From: Candidatus Eiseniibacteriota bacterium
Lineage (GTDB): Bacteria; Eisenbacteria; RBG-16-71-46; JAFGJU01
Length of the DNA: 64,000 nt
Assembly: GCA_026388185.1 (NCBI GenBank)
Contig: JAPLKG010000003.1
Location: forward strand, 22,871-86,870
Direction: 5' to 3'
The notes beneath the pieces are model-generated. The model did no database searches. It saw only the letters and a list, made by a program, of their open reading frames with translations, and was not told the origin of the DNA. Numbering within the stretch: the stretch's first letter is position 1; every line of letters starts with the position of its first letter. Shown in pieces: positions 28,570 through 38,369 of the stretch. The translations under genes and the position numbers were made by a program.

Positions 28570-29322
28570 ATGAAAAACCCCATGAAAACTCACCCCGGAA
28601 GATTGATAAGGACCTTGACAATCTGCGTTCTGGCTCTGGCCCTGGCCGTGACGGCTTTTTGCGTTTTCTTTGATGAGGCAGTCTTTCTGAGAAAGGGCAC
28701 GGTTTATCGCGTGCCCACACTCGGCAAGGTCGTGGCGCTGACATTCGATGACGGACCCTCCCCGGTGTGGACCCCTCGGATACTGGACGAACTCAAGGCG
28801 CTGAACGTCAAGGCCACATTCTTTGTGCTTGGTAAGCACGTCAGAGAGTATCCCGAGATAGCAAGGCGCACGGCAAGCGAAGGTCACGAAATCGAGAACC
28901 ACTCGTACGATCACCACGTTATCATTTACTACAGGACGAACAAGTTGGAGAAAGAAATAAGGGACACCGAGAGTATCGTCAACACCGTAACCGGCCGGAC
29001 CACGCGATACTTCCGGCCGCCCAAGGCCTGGCTCACTAACCGAGAGAAGACAAAGATAGAAAAGATGGGCTACAAAGTGGTCTTGTGGTCGTTGAACTCG
29101 AAAGATTGGGTGACTTTTGATGATAAGTACGTGCTGAAGTACCTTCTCAGCAATGTCCAACCGGGGGACGTGATACTCTTCCACGACAGCGGAGGTGTCC
29201 TTGGCACCGAGGGAGGAAATCGCGAAGAAACGATCAAGACAATCCATCGACTAGTGCCGAAACTGAGAGAAAGAGGCTACAGATTTGTTACCGTGGAAGA
29301 ACTTCTGGGTGGAACCCCGTAA
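28570..29322 (+). CDS. Polysaccharide deacetylase (CE4/NodB)
   Basis: ALTFDDGP, HSYDH, FRPP, ILFHD; start may be the second Met. Confidence 0.92.
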   Translation: MKNPMKTHPGRLIRTLTICVLALALAVTAFCVFFDEAVFLRKGTVYRVPTLGKVVALTFDDGPSPVWTPRILDELKALNVKATFFVLGKHVREYPEIARRTASEGHEIENHSYDHHVIIYYRTNKLEKEIRDTESIVNTVTGRTTRYFRPPKAWLTNREKTKIEKMGYKVVLWSLNSKDWVTFDDKYVLKYLLSNVQPGDVILFHDSGGVLGTEGGNREETIKTIHRLVPKLRERGYRFVTVEELLGGTP

Positions 29323-29334
29323 GCGAGAGGCCGG

Positions 29335-31179
29335 ATGAGCGAGAAGTTCCAGTCCTTTCGGACGACGACAAGACATGAGACTTTCAGGAGCGTAATGATA
29401 TTGCTCGCCCTTTCCCTTGCTTTCCTCGTTCTGGGCAACGGCGTCTTGAGTCTCACTAATCCCGACGAAGTCTTCTACGTCCAGACTGCGAAGGAAATGA
29501 TCCGGCGAGGCGAGTGGATGACGCCCTATATCTTCGGAGCCCCTCAATTCGAGAAACCCGTCTGTCTGTACTGGCTCCTGCGCATCGGGTTCGACGTATC
29601 CGGAACTTCGGCGTCCCTGGCGGCGACATCCTTGGCTCCTTCGGCGTCCCTCACGTCGTTCGCTCACCCGGCTACCCTGGTTCCCCCCGCCGCCTCCCCT
29701 TCCGTTGCGTTCGCCGCGCGGCTCTTCCCCGCGATGTTCGCCGTCGTGGGGGTAATCGCGACCTATTTTCTCGTTGGTCTCGGATTTGGGACCGAGAAGA
29801 AGGCCTTTGTCTCGGCAATTGTCCTAATGTCCGCGGGGCTATACATCGGTCTCGCAAGGACCGTTTATACGGACATGATTTTTTCGGTGTTCATTCTCCT
29901 GGCCATGACGTCGTTCTTTTGGGGACACACAAACGCCGCGAGGAGAGGCGTAGGATCAATGCTGTTCTTCGTCTTTTCTGCTCTAGCAGTCTTGACAAAG
30001 GGACCGCTGGGTCTTGCAATACCCTTTCTGGCCGTCACTCTTTTTCTGGCGGTGAGAAGGGAGCTCGGGGTCTTTTTCTGCAGACATTTCGCGTGGGGAT
30101 TCTTGGTATTTCTCCTGATCGCACTGCCGTGGTACGTGTTCATGATTCAGCGATTCGGCAAGGCGTTCACCCACGAATTCTTTTACAACGATCACATACG
30201 AAGACTTTTTGAAGCTGAACATCCGCAAAACGACCGCTGGTATTTCTACCCGGGGACGGCCGTCATCGGCATGTTCCCATGGAGCATTTTTGTCTTGATT
30301 GCGTTTGCGCGACTCATCAGGCGTGTGGCACAAGGAGGCGCGCGACCCGTGTATCTGTTCCTGGCGTGTTGGATTCTCGTTACGTTCGCAGTCTTCCAGC
30401 CCGCGCACTCAAAGTTGGTCAGTTATATCTTCCCCATGTTTCCTGCGCTCGCAGTCATGACCGGAGATCTCGTCTACGACTGGATCGAGGCGAAGGGCCG
30501 CAGACTCGCCTACGGCCTTGCAATCGTCTCGAGTATCACGTTTGCGCTGGCACCCTTGGGATTGGTCGCCGGCCACGCGCTCTACCGCGAGTACGTACCT
30601 TCCAGCCAGTCAGTCAACGGCCTCATCGCGCTGCTCGGGGCCCTGCTCATAACGATGTTACTTTTCGCTGCCAGAAAGAAGTACTCGCAGTGCGTTTACT
30701 TGCTGAGCTTACAGCTTCCGGTGTTGTTCTTTTTCGGGCTCCTGTCTCACGGCGAAATCGACCCGCGCTTGTCTACGAAGAGCGCCTGCCAGTGGTTGCT
30801 CCAGCACGATGCGTCGGAAGATACGGTGCTTTGCTCCAAGTACTTCGCGCGTGGCGTGCACTATTTCACGGACAAGAACGTCGCCGTGATCGACATCGGA
30901 GGGCTTGGTTTTTTCAGTCCTCACCCGATTCCCTACCTGGTCAAAGACGAGGAGGTCAGGGGCTTCTTGCGAAGACAACCAGAAACTCACTGCATCGTCG
31001 ACCATTCTTCCCTGAATCACCTGCGGCGGATAGCCGGTCACGAGATGGCGGTCGACGTGCTGAAGAAGGCGGGAAACGAATACGTTGTGCGCGTGACAGC
31101 CGACCCCGTTCTTGCTACGCCTCCGGCGGCTTCGTCAGTGCGTCCGTGGTCTGGATTCCGTAAGCCACTTCCGGAATGA
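29335..31179 (+). CDS. ArnT/PMT-like glycosyltransferase (GT-C, family 39/83)
   Basis: PDEVFY...AKEM, EKP, LTKGPLG, PWY, K...YIFPMFP; many TM segments. Confidence 0.88.
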   Translation: MSEKFQSFRTTTRHETFRSVMILLALSLAFLVLGNGVLSLTNPDEVFYVQTAKEMIRRGEWMTPYIFGAPQFEKPVCLYWLLRIGFDVSGTSASLAATSLAPSASLTSFAHPATLVPPAASPSVAFAARLFPAMFAVVGVIATYFLVGLGFGTEKKAFVSAIVLMSAGLYIGLARTVYTDMIFSVFILLAMTSFFWGHTNAARRGVGSMLFFVFSALAVLTKGPLGLAIPFLAVTLFLAVRRELGVFFCRHFAWGFLVFLLIALPWYVFMIQRFGKAFTHEFFYNDHIRRLFEAEHPQNDRWYFYPGTAVIGMFPWSIFVLIAFARLIRRVAQGGARPVYLFLACWILVTFAVFQPAHSKLVSYIFPMFPALAVMTGDLVYDWIEAKGRRLAYGLAIVSSITFALAPLGLVAGHALYREYVPSSQSVNGLIALLGALLITMLLFAARKKYSQCVYLLSLQLPVLFFFGLLSHGEIDPRLSTKSACQWLLQHDASEDTVLCSKYFARGVHYFTDKNVAVIDIGGLGFFSPHPIPYLVKDEEVRGFLRRQPETHCIVDHSSLNHLRRIAGHEMAVDVLKKAGNEYVVRVTADPVLATPPAASSVRPWSGFRKPLPE

Positions 31180-32437
31180 TGCCCTTCTCTGCGTATATGG
31201 GGTGCACCAGGGCCTTGAGTACAGGTAGTTTTCTGGCAAAGAGTAGACCGCCACAGATGCAACAGAGCCCGGATACCAGCAGAGTCTTCGGGGCGCCTAT
31301 CTTGTCGGCCATACTTCCTGCCCACAGGCTGCCGAACGGCACGGTGCCCATGAACGCCATCGTGTAAAGACTCATAACACGTCCCCGCTTATCGTCATCC
31401 ACGATGGTTTGCAGGGTTGTGTTGCTCGCCGCCATCATCACCATCATCCCAAAACCGGTCACCAACATTAATGCCAGGGAAAGCCAAAGGAAATGAGACA
31501 AAGAGAATCCGATAAGACCCACGCCAAAGATGCCCGCGGCCACTGGAATCGTTCTTCCTAACCTGAGGATTTGTCTGCGCGACGCGAGATAGAACGCGCC
31601 CGTCAACGCACCCGCACCCGATGCCGCGACGAGAAAGCCGAAGATGTTTGAGCCGCCGTGAAGAATCTGCCTTGCAAAAACCGGCATCAATATTTGATAA
31701 GGCATTCCCATTAGGCTCACCAGAGCGAGAAGCAAAATGATCGACCTGATGGGATCAAAGCCGAATGCGTAGGAAAAACCGTCCTTCAGACCCCGTAGAA
31801 CGTGGGTGTTCTTCGCCTCGGTTTTTCGCGGGGTGACTCTCATCGCCAGAAGAGATCCGATCACTGCAATGTAACTCAGGCCGTTGAGGAGAAAGCACAC
31901 ACCCTCTCCCACGACGGCAATGAGTATGCCGGCGACTGAAGGACCCACGAGCCGCGCACCGTTGAACAATGAGGAATTGAGTGCGATCGCATTCCCGAGG
32001 TCTTCCTTTTTTCTGTCGACCATCTCCACGACGAACGTCTGGCGTGCAGGCATGTCAAAGGCATTCACGAGACCCAGGAATATGCTCAAGACCACTATCT
32101 CCCAGACAGTGATCGCATTCGTTAGAACAAGGACCGCGAGAACGAAAGCCTGTACCATGGCGAGAACCTGCGTGATGACAAGAATCCGGCGGCAGTTCCA
32201 TCTGTCGGCCAGCACTCCGGCCACGGGGGCAAGAAGAAAGGTCGGAATTTGCCCCGCAAATCCAACCACACCCAACAGTAGAGCGGAATTGGTGAGGCGG
32301 TACACCAGCCAGCTCAGCGCGATGCGCTGCATCCAGGTTCCGATCAGAGAGATTCCCTGACCTCCGAAAAAGAGTCTGTAGTTCCTGTAACGCAACGCGC
32401 GGAAGACGAGCCTGAGTCCGGTTGTCTCTTTGTGCAT
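31115..32437 (-). CDS. MFS transporter (DHA3/EntS-like)
   Basis: ALRYRNYRLFFGGQGISLIGTWMQ, GVLADRW, RGRVMS; converges on and overlaps the ArnT-like gene by 65 bp. Confidence 0.9.
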   Translation of the reverse strand: MHKETTGLRLVFRALRYRNYRLFFGGQGISLIGTWMQRIALSWLVYRLTNSALLLGVVGFAGQIPTFLLAPVAGVLADRWNCRRILVITQVLAMVQAFVLAVLVLTNAITVWEIVVLSIFLGLVNAFDMPARQTFVVEMVDRKKEDLGNAIALNSSLFNGARLVGPSVAGILIAVVGEGVCFLLNGLSYIAVIGSLLAMRVTPRKTEAKNTHVLRGLKDGFSYAFGFDPIRSIILLLALVSLMGMPYQILMPVFARQILHGGSNIFGFLVAASGAGALTGAFYLASRRQILRLGRTIPVAAGIFGVGLIGFSLSHFLWLSLALMLVTGFGMMVMMAASNTTLQTIVDDDKRGRVMSLYTMAFMGTVPFGSLWAGSMADKIGAPKTLLVSGLCCICGGLLFARKLPVLKALVHPIYAEKGIIPEVAYGIQTTDALTKPPEA

Positions 32438-32604
32438 GATCGTGTCTCCGAACCAAAAACGAGGGAGAATCGCTTCTCCCTCGTTTGTCACTGCCTTTGC
32501 GCAGTGTAACATGGCTGGTAACTTACTGCAAAGGATGGATCGTTAAGTTGGGACTATCTCAGAACGGCACGTGCAGCTTCGCAACATGCCTACCAGTGTA
32601 GTCA

Positions 32605-32871
32605 CTAGTATCTTCGATATTCCGTTCTCTCTCTGCTCTTGGGCGGACGAGCTTCGTCCACCTTCAGGGTACGGCCCTTGAATTCATAAGCATCCAGCGC
32701 CTCTTTTGCCTTTTCGGCCTCAGCGGTGCTGGACATTTCGACGAATCCAAAACCCTTACCTTCAATGACGTTGACTTGCTTAACCACGCCATGGGCTGCA
32801 AAGAGCTCTTCCAACTGCTCGTTGCTCACGTCATAGCCAAGATTTCCTACGTAAAGCCTACTAACTTGCAT
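32605..32871 (-). CDS. RRM RNA-binding protein
   Basis: RNP2 LYVGNL, RNP1 KGFGFVEM, LKVDEARP. Confidence 0.93.
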   Translation of the reverse strand: MQVSRLYVGNLGYDVSNEQLEELFAAHGVVKQVNVIEGKGFGFVEMSSTAEAEKAKEALDAYEFKGRTLKVDEARPPKSRERTEYRRY

Positions 32872-33370
32872 TCTAATCTCCTGTTCATCTCATTCAGTTT
32901 CTCTGTCCAAGTAATGTCTCTATCGGAGGTAGAAGCAAGATAGTTGTTCAGACCTCGTTGCGGGAGCATTACTAATCACAAGAGAATCCTAACGAAGAAT
33001 GTGCTTAACAAGAATTAACCGATTGTTTCCACCACCCCTTTCAGCAGTTACCAGCCAATTTGTGACGTGTCTGAAGCCATGCGGCCTGACACGAGTCTCT
33101 TCGCAACTTTCCAGACCCCGGTAGACGGGCTGCCCTGAGCCTTCTACGGGTTCTGACATGGTAAGTTGTTTTACATCTGTTCAGATATTCCATTGTCTCG
33201 ACGTAGAGAGGGCGGAGTGAGTAAACTCTAGCAGCAAGCAACTCTTGGGCAATTACGTGCAGGCTATCGTCGTCAGAGCGGCGAACTCAAGCTGTCCTCT
33301 TCAATCACATCGCTGGCTCAGAAACGCATGCTCGAACTTGCGAGCGAGCCTCAATTCATTTGCTATATTA

Positions 33371-33399
33371 AGTATAGCTGATAATCGGTCACTTGTCAA
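33371..33399 (-). promoter_or_regulatory. Near-consensus sigma70 promoter
   Basis: TTGACA-N17-TATACT on minus strand; palindrome GCTATA-N5-TATAGC (33362-33378) over the -10. Confidence 0.65.
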
Positions 33400-33440
33400 T
33401 CCGCAAAGATGGAATTATTTGATGTGGTGCCCGACTGCCG

Positions 33441-33590
33441 TTACTTCTTGCGGGTAACCTCTTGCATCAGTTCGGGTTGGATCTCTTGAATCTCAAGGAG
33501 CCTTTGCCATTGATGCCAGAGAAGGTGATCCGGTTTTTCGTGTAGATGGCGTATCTCCAGCTCCGCCTTGAGGTTCACGCGTTCGTCATC
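33441..33590 (-). pseudogene. 3' remnant of a DUF1003-type membrane protein gene
   Basis: Manual translation DDERVNLKAELEIRHLHEKPDHLLWHQWQRLLEIQEIQPELMQEVTRKK-stop matches my recollection of the DUF1003 C-terminal motif; the upstream part is absent. Confidence 0.65.
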
Positions 33591-33688
33591 TCGCTCGCCA
33601 CTAATACGTGAGGCCCGCGATCCTCCCTCTTCTCCCTGTAGTCTCTGCTCTTCGGAAGACGCGCCTCAGCCACCTGCCCCGTGCCGTT

Positions 33689-34099
33689 TCAGGAGCAGCG
33701 ACCCGTTCCACCCGCGCCTTGGTCGTCCCTGGCTTGGCCGCCCTGGCCCTTCTTGAGCATGCCACCGGCCATTATCACAAAACCCAGTCCGAAAAGAATT
33801 ACAAATATGCCGATCATGTACGGGAACAGGAGATGGGGGAAATATATGATTCCGAGTCCGCTGACGACGAAAACAATCCCCAACACGATCAAGAAATAGG
33901 CGGAAGCGCTCGAGGGAATCCTCAATTCGACTGGTTCCTCTCTGGTCTTCACGAAGGCCATGAGGATGAAACCGATACCCATTCCTATTGCGCCGCCGAC
34001 GTCCGGCCGGCCAAGGGCCAGGCCGATTCCTCCGCCGACGAACATGCACGCGACAAAGACCAGGCCTGACGCCTTCCCCTTTTCCCGTTCTTCGCTCAT
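33689..34099 (-). CDS. Small Gly-rich 4-TM membrane protein
   Basis: Start after GGAGG; four hydrophobic segments. Confidence 0.75.
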   Translation of the reverse strand: MSEEREKGKASGLVFVACMFVGGGIGLALGRPDVGGAIGMGIGFILMAFVKTREEPVELRIPSSASAYFLIVLGIVFVVSGLGIIYFPHLLFPYMIGIFVILFGLGFVIMAGGMLKKGQGGQARDDQGAGGTGRCS

Positions 34100-34200
34100 C
34101 TCGTGCCTCCGTTCATGAAAAGGTTCCTTGTCCTTCCAGCCCATGCTGGTGTCCCTGCTAAGCACGCTAGATGCAAAGGCACGCCGTGTCAAGACACTAG

Positions 34201-34235
34201 AAAAGAGGCAGGAGTGGTTTTGCGCTCCTGCCTCT
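34201..34235 (-). terminator. Rho-independent terminator
   Basis: AGAGGCAGGAG / CTCCTGCCTCT 11-bp stem followed by a T run on the minus strand, downstream of 34272. Confidence 0.7.
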
Positions 34236-34271
34236 CACTTTCAGGCGAGGCATACGTGACTTGGCTGTCGC

Positions 34272-34864
34272 TTACCTCGAAAAGAGCTCCTTCACCCTCC
34301 CCCACGTGGTCGTCCCTATCGGTGTCATCTCCGGCGGTAACTCGCTCGTCACCCCAATCTCAGACCCACTGGAGGACATCAAATCGTAGTTCTGCGACCC
34401 AGGCAAAGTCCCAGCCTTATTCCACGTAAACTGCACAGCATACCCATCAAGCGTGTCGTTCAGCGCTACGTAATACTGCGACAGCGACGCCCTAAACCTC
34501 AACTTCCAGTTGTAGTTCGGTGCTACAGGAGCCCAGTAAGTGATCGCCCAATCCGTCGGAGACAACGCAGATGTTACGCCACCCAAAGACCAAGACTGTC
34601 GGAATTAAAGAAGATCATGTACTGATAAACACCATTAGCAAACTGATAGTTCATCACCGAGTACTCGTACTTCCACACGTTCGTAGGAGACACCCCTCCA
34701 CCGGACGGAAACGTGTCGCCCTGACGATACCTCACCCACTCAGACCCCTCCTGGTGGTAAAGCTTGTAACCAACGGCCCCCTTGGGCAAGGCATCGGCTC
34801 CCAGAGGCACCAGAAGAAATCCTACCAGTAGCACAATCAAGAAAAACGGTACCACTCGTGTCAT
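34272..34864 (-). pseudogene. Frameshifted secreted protein, paralogue of 34899-35441
   Basis: Signal-peptide ORF 34574-34864 continues in the -1 frame into ORF 34272-34586 at GTCTTGGTCTTTGGG; joined protein parallels its neighbour (Y.Y.V.N, FF.SD, PGSQ, TWG.VK). Confidence 0.7.
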
Positions 34865-34898
34865 TTACCGGCTCCTTCCAGCTCACGCCTTTGGGCGT

Positions 34899-35441
34899 CT
34901 ATCTAAACGCGTTCTTTATGCAGCCCCACGACGTGTTTTCGAACCCGGTGGGACCAGTTAGGATAACGACTGTCGTTCCTTCGAAAACGGTGCTGTTCCA
35001 AACCTCAAACTCCTGAGAGCCCGGGCAAACGTCGAGGTCCTTCCAGACGAAGGTGACTGAGAAGCCATTCAGGCTTTCTCCGGGATAGATCGGGTTAGGG
35101 TGGTCGTAGCCCCCATCCCACTCCACACTCCATGCGCCACCGCCCTCGGGCTCAGAATAAACAAATATGTCTTCCCAACCTGAAGGGTAAGTGTATGAAA
35201 CAAAATCCGAACGGTCCTGGCCATCGGCATCGAAGAAAACCACGAATCCCCATATGAAAGGTTCAAGGGTGAAGTTCTCAACCGTGTAGTCAAAGCGATA
35301 AAGCCGATTGCCGGGAGGACCTGATATGTAAGTAAGCTGTGCAGTAACTCCTGCTGCGTCAGGATCGGCAGAACCCACCTCAGGCACAAGCAGAACCCCG
35401 AGAAGAAACAAAACGCACGCTACCTTAGCAAATCCTCTCAT
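34899..35441 (-). CDS. Secreted beta-rich protein with C-terminal TSWGxIKxxFR tail
   Basis: Signal peptide MRGFAKV..., ends PTGFENTSWGCIKNAFR; RBS AGGAGG. Confidence 0.8.
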   Translation of the reverse strand: MRGFAKVACVLFLLGVLLVPEVGSADPDAAGVTAQLTYISGPPGNRLYRFDYTVENFTLEPFIWGFVVFFDADGQDRSDFVSYTYPSGWEDIFVYSEPEGGGAWSVEWDGGYDHPNPIYPGESLNGFSVTFVWKDLDVCPGSQEFEVWNSTVFEGTTVVILTGPTGFENTSWGCIKNAFR

Positions 35442-35954
35442 CAGAATCCTCCTTTGGACGACGAAAGCAACAGGGCCTTGAGAGAACACCAGGAAATCGT
35501 GAGAATAGGATTACAAAATGGGGGCCCAAACCAGAGTGCTGTGCTCCGGATCAGTTCAAGCTCCCGGCTGCTACCACACTGACTGCACAACGTCAAGCGA
35601 ATTAAGCTGTTACTTTCTCCCCGTCGTGCTATACTGATTGGTTGTGCAGAGCCTGGGATGGCGTCCCGGACGATTCGGCGAGAGGCGCTCCAAGTCATCC
35701 GACCCGCCTTCCCCCGCCCGTCCATGATGCGAAGGAACCATTACCACCGAATCGGTGTCTAACGTGTTGTGGAGTCTGACGAGACAACGTGGCGTGCCTT
35801 CTGCGAAAGTGGCATACAAGATGAAAAACGACCAGAGAGAACGTGATGAAAGGAGGGGGATTCGACAAGGCAATACGTGTGGGAGTAGCGAAATTCAAGA
35901 CGTGACGCGCGAATAGTGGGTGCGACGTCCGGTAATAACAGGAGGGACGAGATA

Positions 35955-36692
35955 ATGAAGCGATTTCTAGCGATGTGGGTGATTCTAATGTTGGGCCTTC
36001 TCATGTTTGGCGGTCTGGTTGTTGCGCAGGAGGAAGAGGAGGAAGCCACTCAAACCAAAACAATCGAGACCAGGATCATGACGCAGGCGCCATCGTCCTG
36101 CCAATTCATGATGCAACCCATGGCCGGGATGACCGGTTCTATGTGCCAGGGTTCGATGGGCTGTGGAATGATGGGCGGAAATGCGTGCTGCGGGATGACG
36201 TCGGGCGGGATGATGGGATGCGGCAAGTCTGGTGCCAGAGGTCAGTGTGGCATGCAAGGCGGGATGGGATGCGGCCCCTGTTGTCAACAGCTACACGAGC
36301 TGGGATGTCCCAGCCATCTGGTAGGAATGGCGGGCGAGCTGGAATTGTCCGAGAAACAGATCACCGAACTCAAGGCGATCTGCGCTGCGCACAAGAAGGA
36401 AGTCGTCCGCAAGCAGGCCGATCTCAAGATCGTCGGCATGGAGCTGGACGAGATCGTCGGGCTGCCCGGCGTTGACCTCGCAAAAGTCAAGGCCAAGATG
36501 ATGGAGATTTGCTCAATGCGGCAGAGTATGTGCCTTGCGCAACTGGCGACCATTGAGAAGGCGCAGAAAGTTCTCACCGCGGCACAGATGACGAAGTTCA
36601 AGGAAATGAAGAAGGAAATGTCCTGTCCGGCCGGGAAGCCGGGAACGATGTCAAGGGTCAAGAAGCACATCAAGGTGAACGTAGAAGAATAG
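35955..36692 (+). CDS. Spy/CpxP/ZraP-like periplasmic protein with Met/Cys/Gly-rich region
   Basis: Signal peptide; LELSEKQITELK and VLTAAQ LTxxQ-type motifs. Confidence 0.8.
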   Translation: MKRFLAMWVILMLGLLMFGGLVVAQEEEEEATQTKTIETRIMTQAPSSCQFMMQPMAGMTGSMCQGSMGCGMMGGNACCGMTSGGMMGCGKSGARGQCGMQGGMGCGPCCQQLHELGCPSHLVGMAGELELSEKQITELKAICAAHKKEVVRKQADLKIVGMELDEIVGLPGVDLAKVKAKMMEICSMRQSMCLAQLATIEKAQKVLTAAQMTKFKEMKKEMSCPAGKPGTMSRVKKHIKVNVEE

Positions 36693-36924
36693 GGCGCTTC
36701 TGTTGAGCGACCAGTAATGAAGTAGGGCTTCCGCGGTGGTCAGCCTCCCTTGCCCCGCCCGGAGGCCCTTACTCCTTATCGCCACCGCACGTGGCCGCGC
36801 TCCGACCTCGGGGGGCGACGCTTCTCGTGTCTCCCCGATTGCCACACCCTCCCCTTGCGAATAGGCATCGACTGCCTTAGACTCCGAAGCACGTCCGCCA
36901 CGCCGGGCGTCGAAAGGAGACACG

Positions 36925-38232
36925 ATGGAGGAGAGGACTCCCACAGTAAGAGACGACATAGAACTTCATCCACTCCGCCACGCTGATCGACAAATGGTGC
37001 TCGTGAGAGACCCACTGGGCCTCATCAAGGAACCCATAGTTCTCAACGAGGCGCTTCTGGCCGTCCTCAGCATGCTGGACGGAACCCACACCATTTCCGA
37101 TCTCCGGCTGTTCCTGACGCGAAGCCAGGGCGGCGTGCTCGTCACTACGAACGAGGTTCAACGAGTACTGAATCAATTGAGCACCGCTTTTCTTCTCCAG
37201 GACGAGCGTTTCGTGAAGGCGAGGGACGAGATAGTCGCGAAATACGCGGCCCAACCGGTCCGGCACGCCTTCCACGAGGGGGTCGCGTACCCGGCGGACC
37301 GAGAACAGTTGGCGAGTATGTTGGATCAGATTCTCGCGGCAGCCAGGCCGGAGCCTCAGCTTGACCCCGAAAGCCTCGAGCCGCCGGCCGGGAGCGCCGG
37401 CGCCAATTGGCCGCGCGTAGAGACCATCACCTTCCCGCAAGAGGACATCATTGCCTTGGCCGCCCCGCACATGGAAATAGACGCGAGCGCCCACTGCTAC
37501 GGCGTTGCATACAATCAGATAATGGGGGCTCCCGTGGAGCTCGTCTTCATTCTCGGGACCGGGCACAGTCTGAAAAGCCAGACCTTCTCTCTCACGATGA
37601 AGGATTTCGAGACGCCCCTGGGCACGGCGTCAACCGAGAAGCAGATCGTCGAGGAACTCCTTGCGTGCGCACCTGGCTGCGTGCTCGACAACGACATGCC
37701 TCATCGCCACGAACACTCAATAGAGTTCGAAGTCGTATTTCTCCAGCACGTGCTCCGAGATCCGAGTATTCACATCGTGCCGATTCTCTGCGGATCGTTC
37801 CGTTCTCAGCTCGACGCGCACTGCAGGGCCTCGGAGATCCCGTGCGTCGGAGATTTCTTGAAGAAGCTACGTTCGATAATCGAGCGCGAGGTGGAATATC
37901 GAAAGCGAAAGTGCCTCGTCGTTGCCGGAGTGGACTTCTCCCACATCGGGCTCAAGTTCGGCGACCAGTACACGGGGCGCACACTGCTCGAGGAGACGGT
38001 GGAATATGATAGAGCCCTCATAGAAAATCTCTGTAACTGGGACGCGAACGGCTTCTGGCAAACGGCCAAGAACGTGAGCGACAGATACAAGGTGTGCGGC
38101 TTCGCGCCGCTCGCCTCGATGCTGGAAATGTTCGAGAGTGCGAAGGGACATCTTCTCGGGTACGACGTCTGGCACGAAGACGCAACTCACTCCGCTGTGA
38201 GCTTCGCGTCGATGGTTTTCACGAGGAAGTAG
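36925..38232 (+). CDS. amrB: AmmeMemoRadiSam system protein B (MEMO1 family)
   Basis: APH, LGTGH, FETPLG, HRHEHSIE, IVPILCG, DFSHIG, VCG. Confidence 0.85.
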   Translation: MEERTPTVRDDIELHPLRHADRQMVLVRDPLGLIKEPIVLNEALLAVLSMLDGTHTISDLRLFLTRSQGGVLVTTNEVQRVLNQLSTAFLLQDERFVKARDEIVAKYAAQPVRHAFHEGVAYPADREQLASMLDQILAAARPEPQLDPESLEPPAGSAGANWPRVETITFPQEDIIALAAPHMEIDASAHCYGVAYNQIMGAPVELVFILGTGHSLKSQTFSLTMKDFETPLGTASTEKQIVEELLACAPGCVLDNDMPHRHEHSIEFEVVFLQHVLRDPSIHIVPILCGSFRSQLDAHCRASEIPCVGDFLKKLRSIIEREVEYRKRKCLVVAGVDFSHIGLKFGDQYTGRTLLEETVEYDRALIENLCNWDANGFWQTAKNVSDRYKVCGFAPLASMLEMFESAKGHLLGYDVWHEDATHSAVSFASMVFTRK

Positions 38233-38278
38233 TTCACGCGTGCTCTGCCGCCGGTCGTCGTCTTCCCGGCAGGTTCTC

Positions 38279-38369
38279 CCCGCATTGTGATGCAACCGGT
38301 GGGCATCGTAGCCGGCGGAGTAGACCGGGTCACTGCTTCGAGGCGATTTCCCGCATTGTGATGCAACCG
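38279..38369. repeat. 20-bp direct repeat duplicating the preA 3' end
   Basis: CCCGCATTGTGATGCAACCG at 38279 and 38350. Confidence 0.8.

Noticed and set aside
28316..28744. His-containing minus-strand ORF
   Set aside because: Overlaps both flanking plus-strand genes; low complexity
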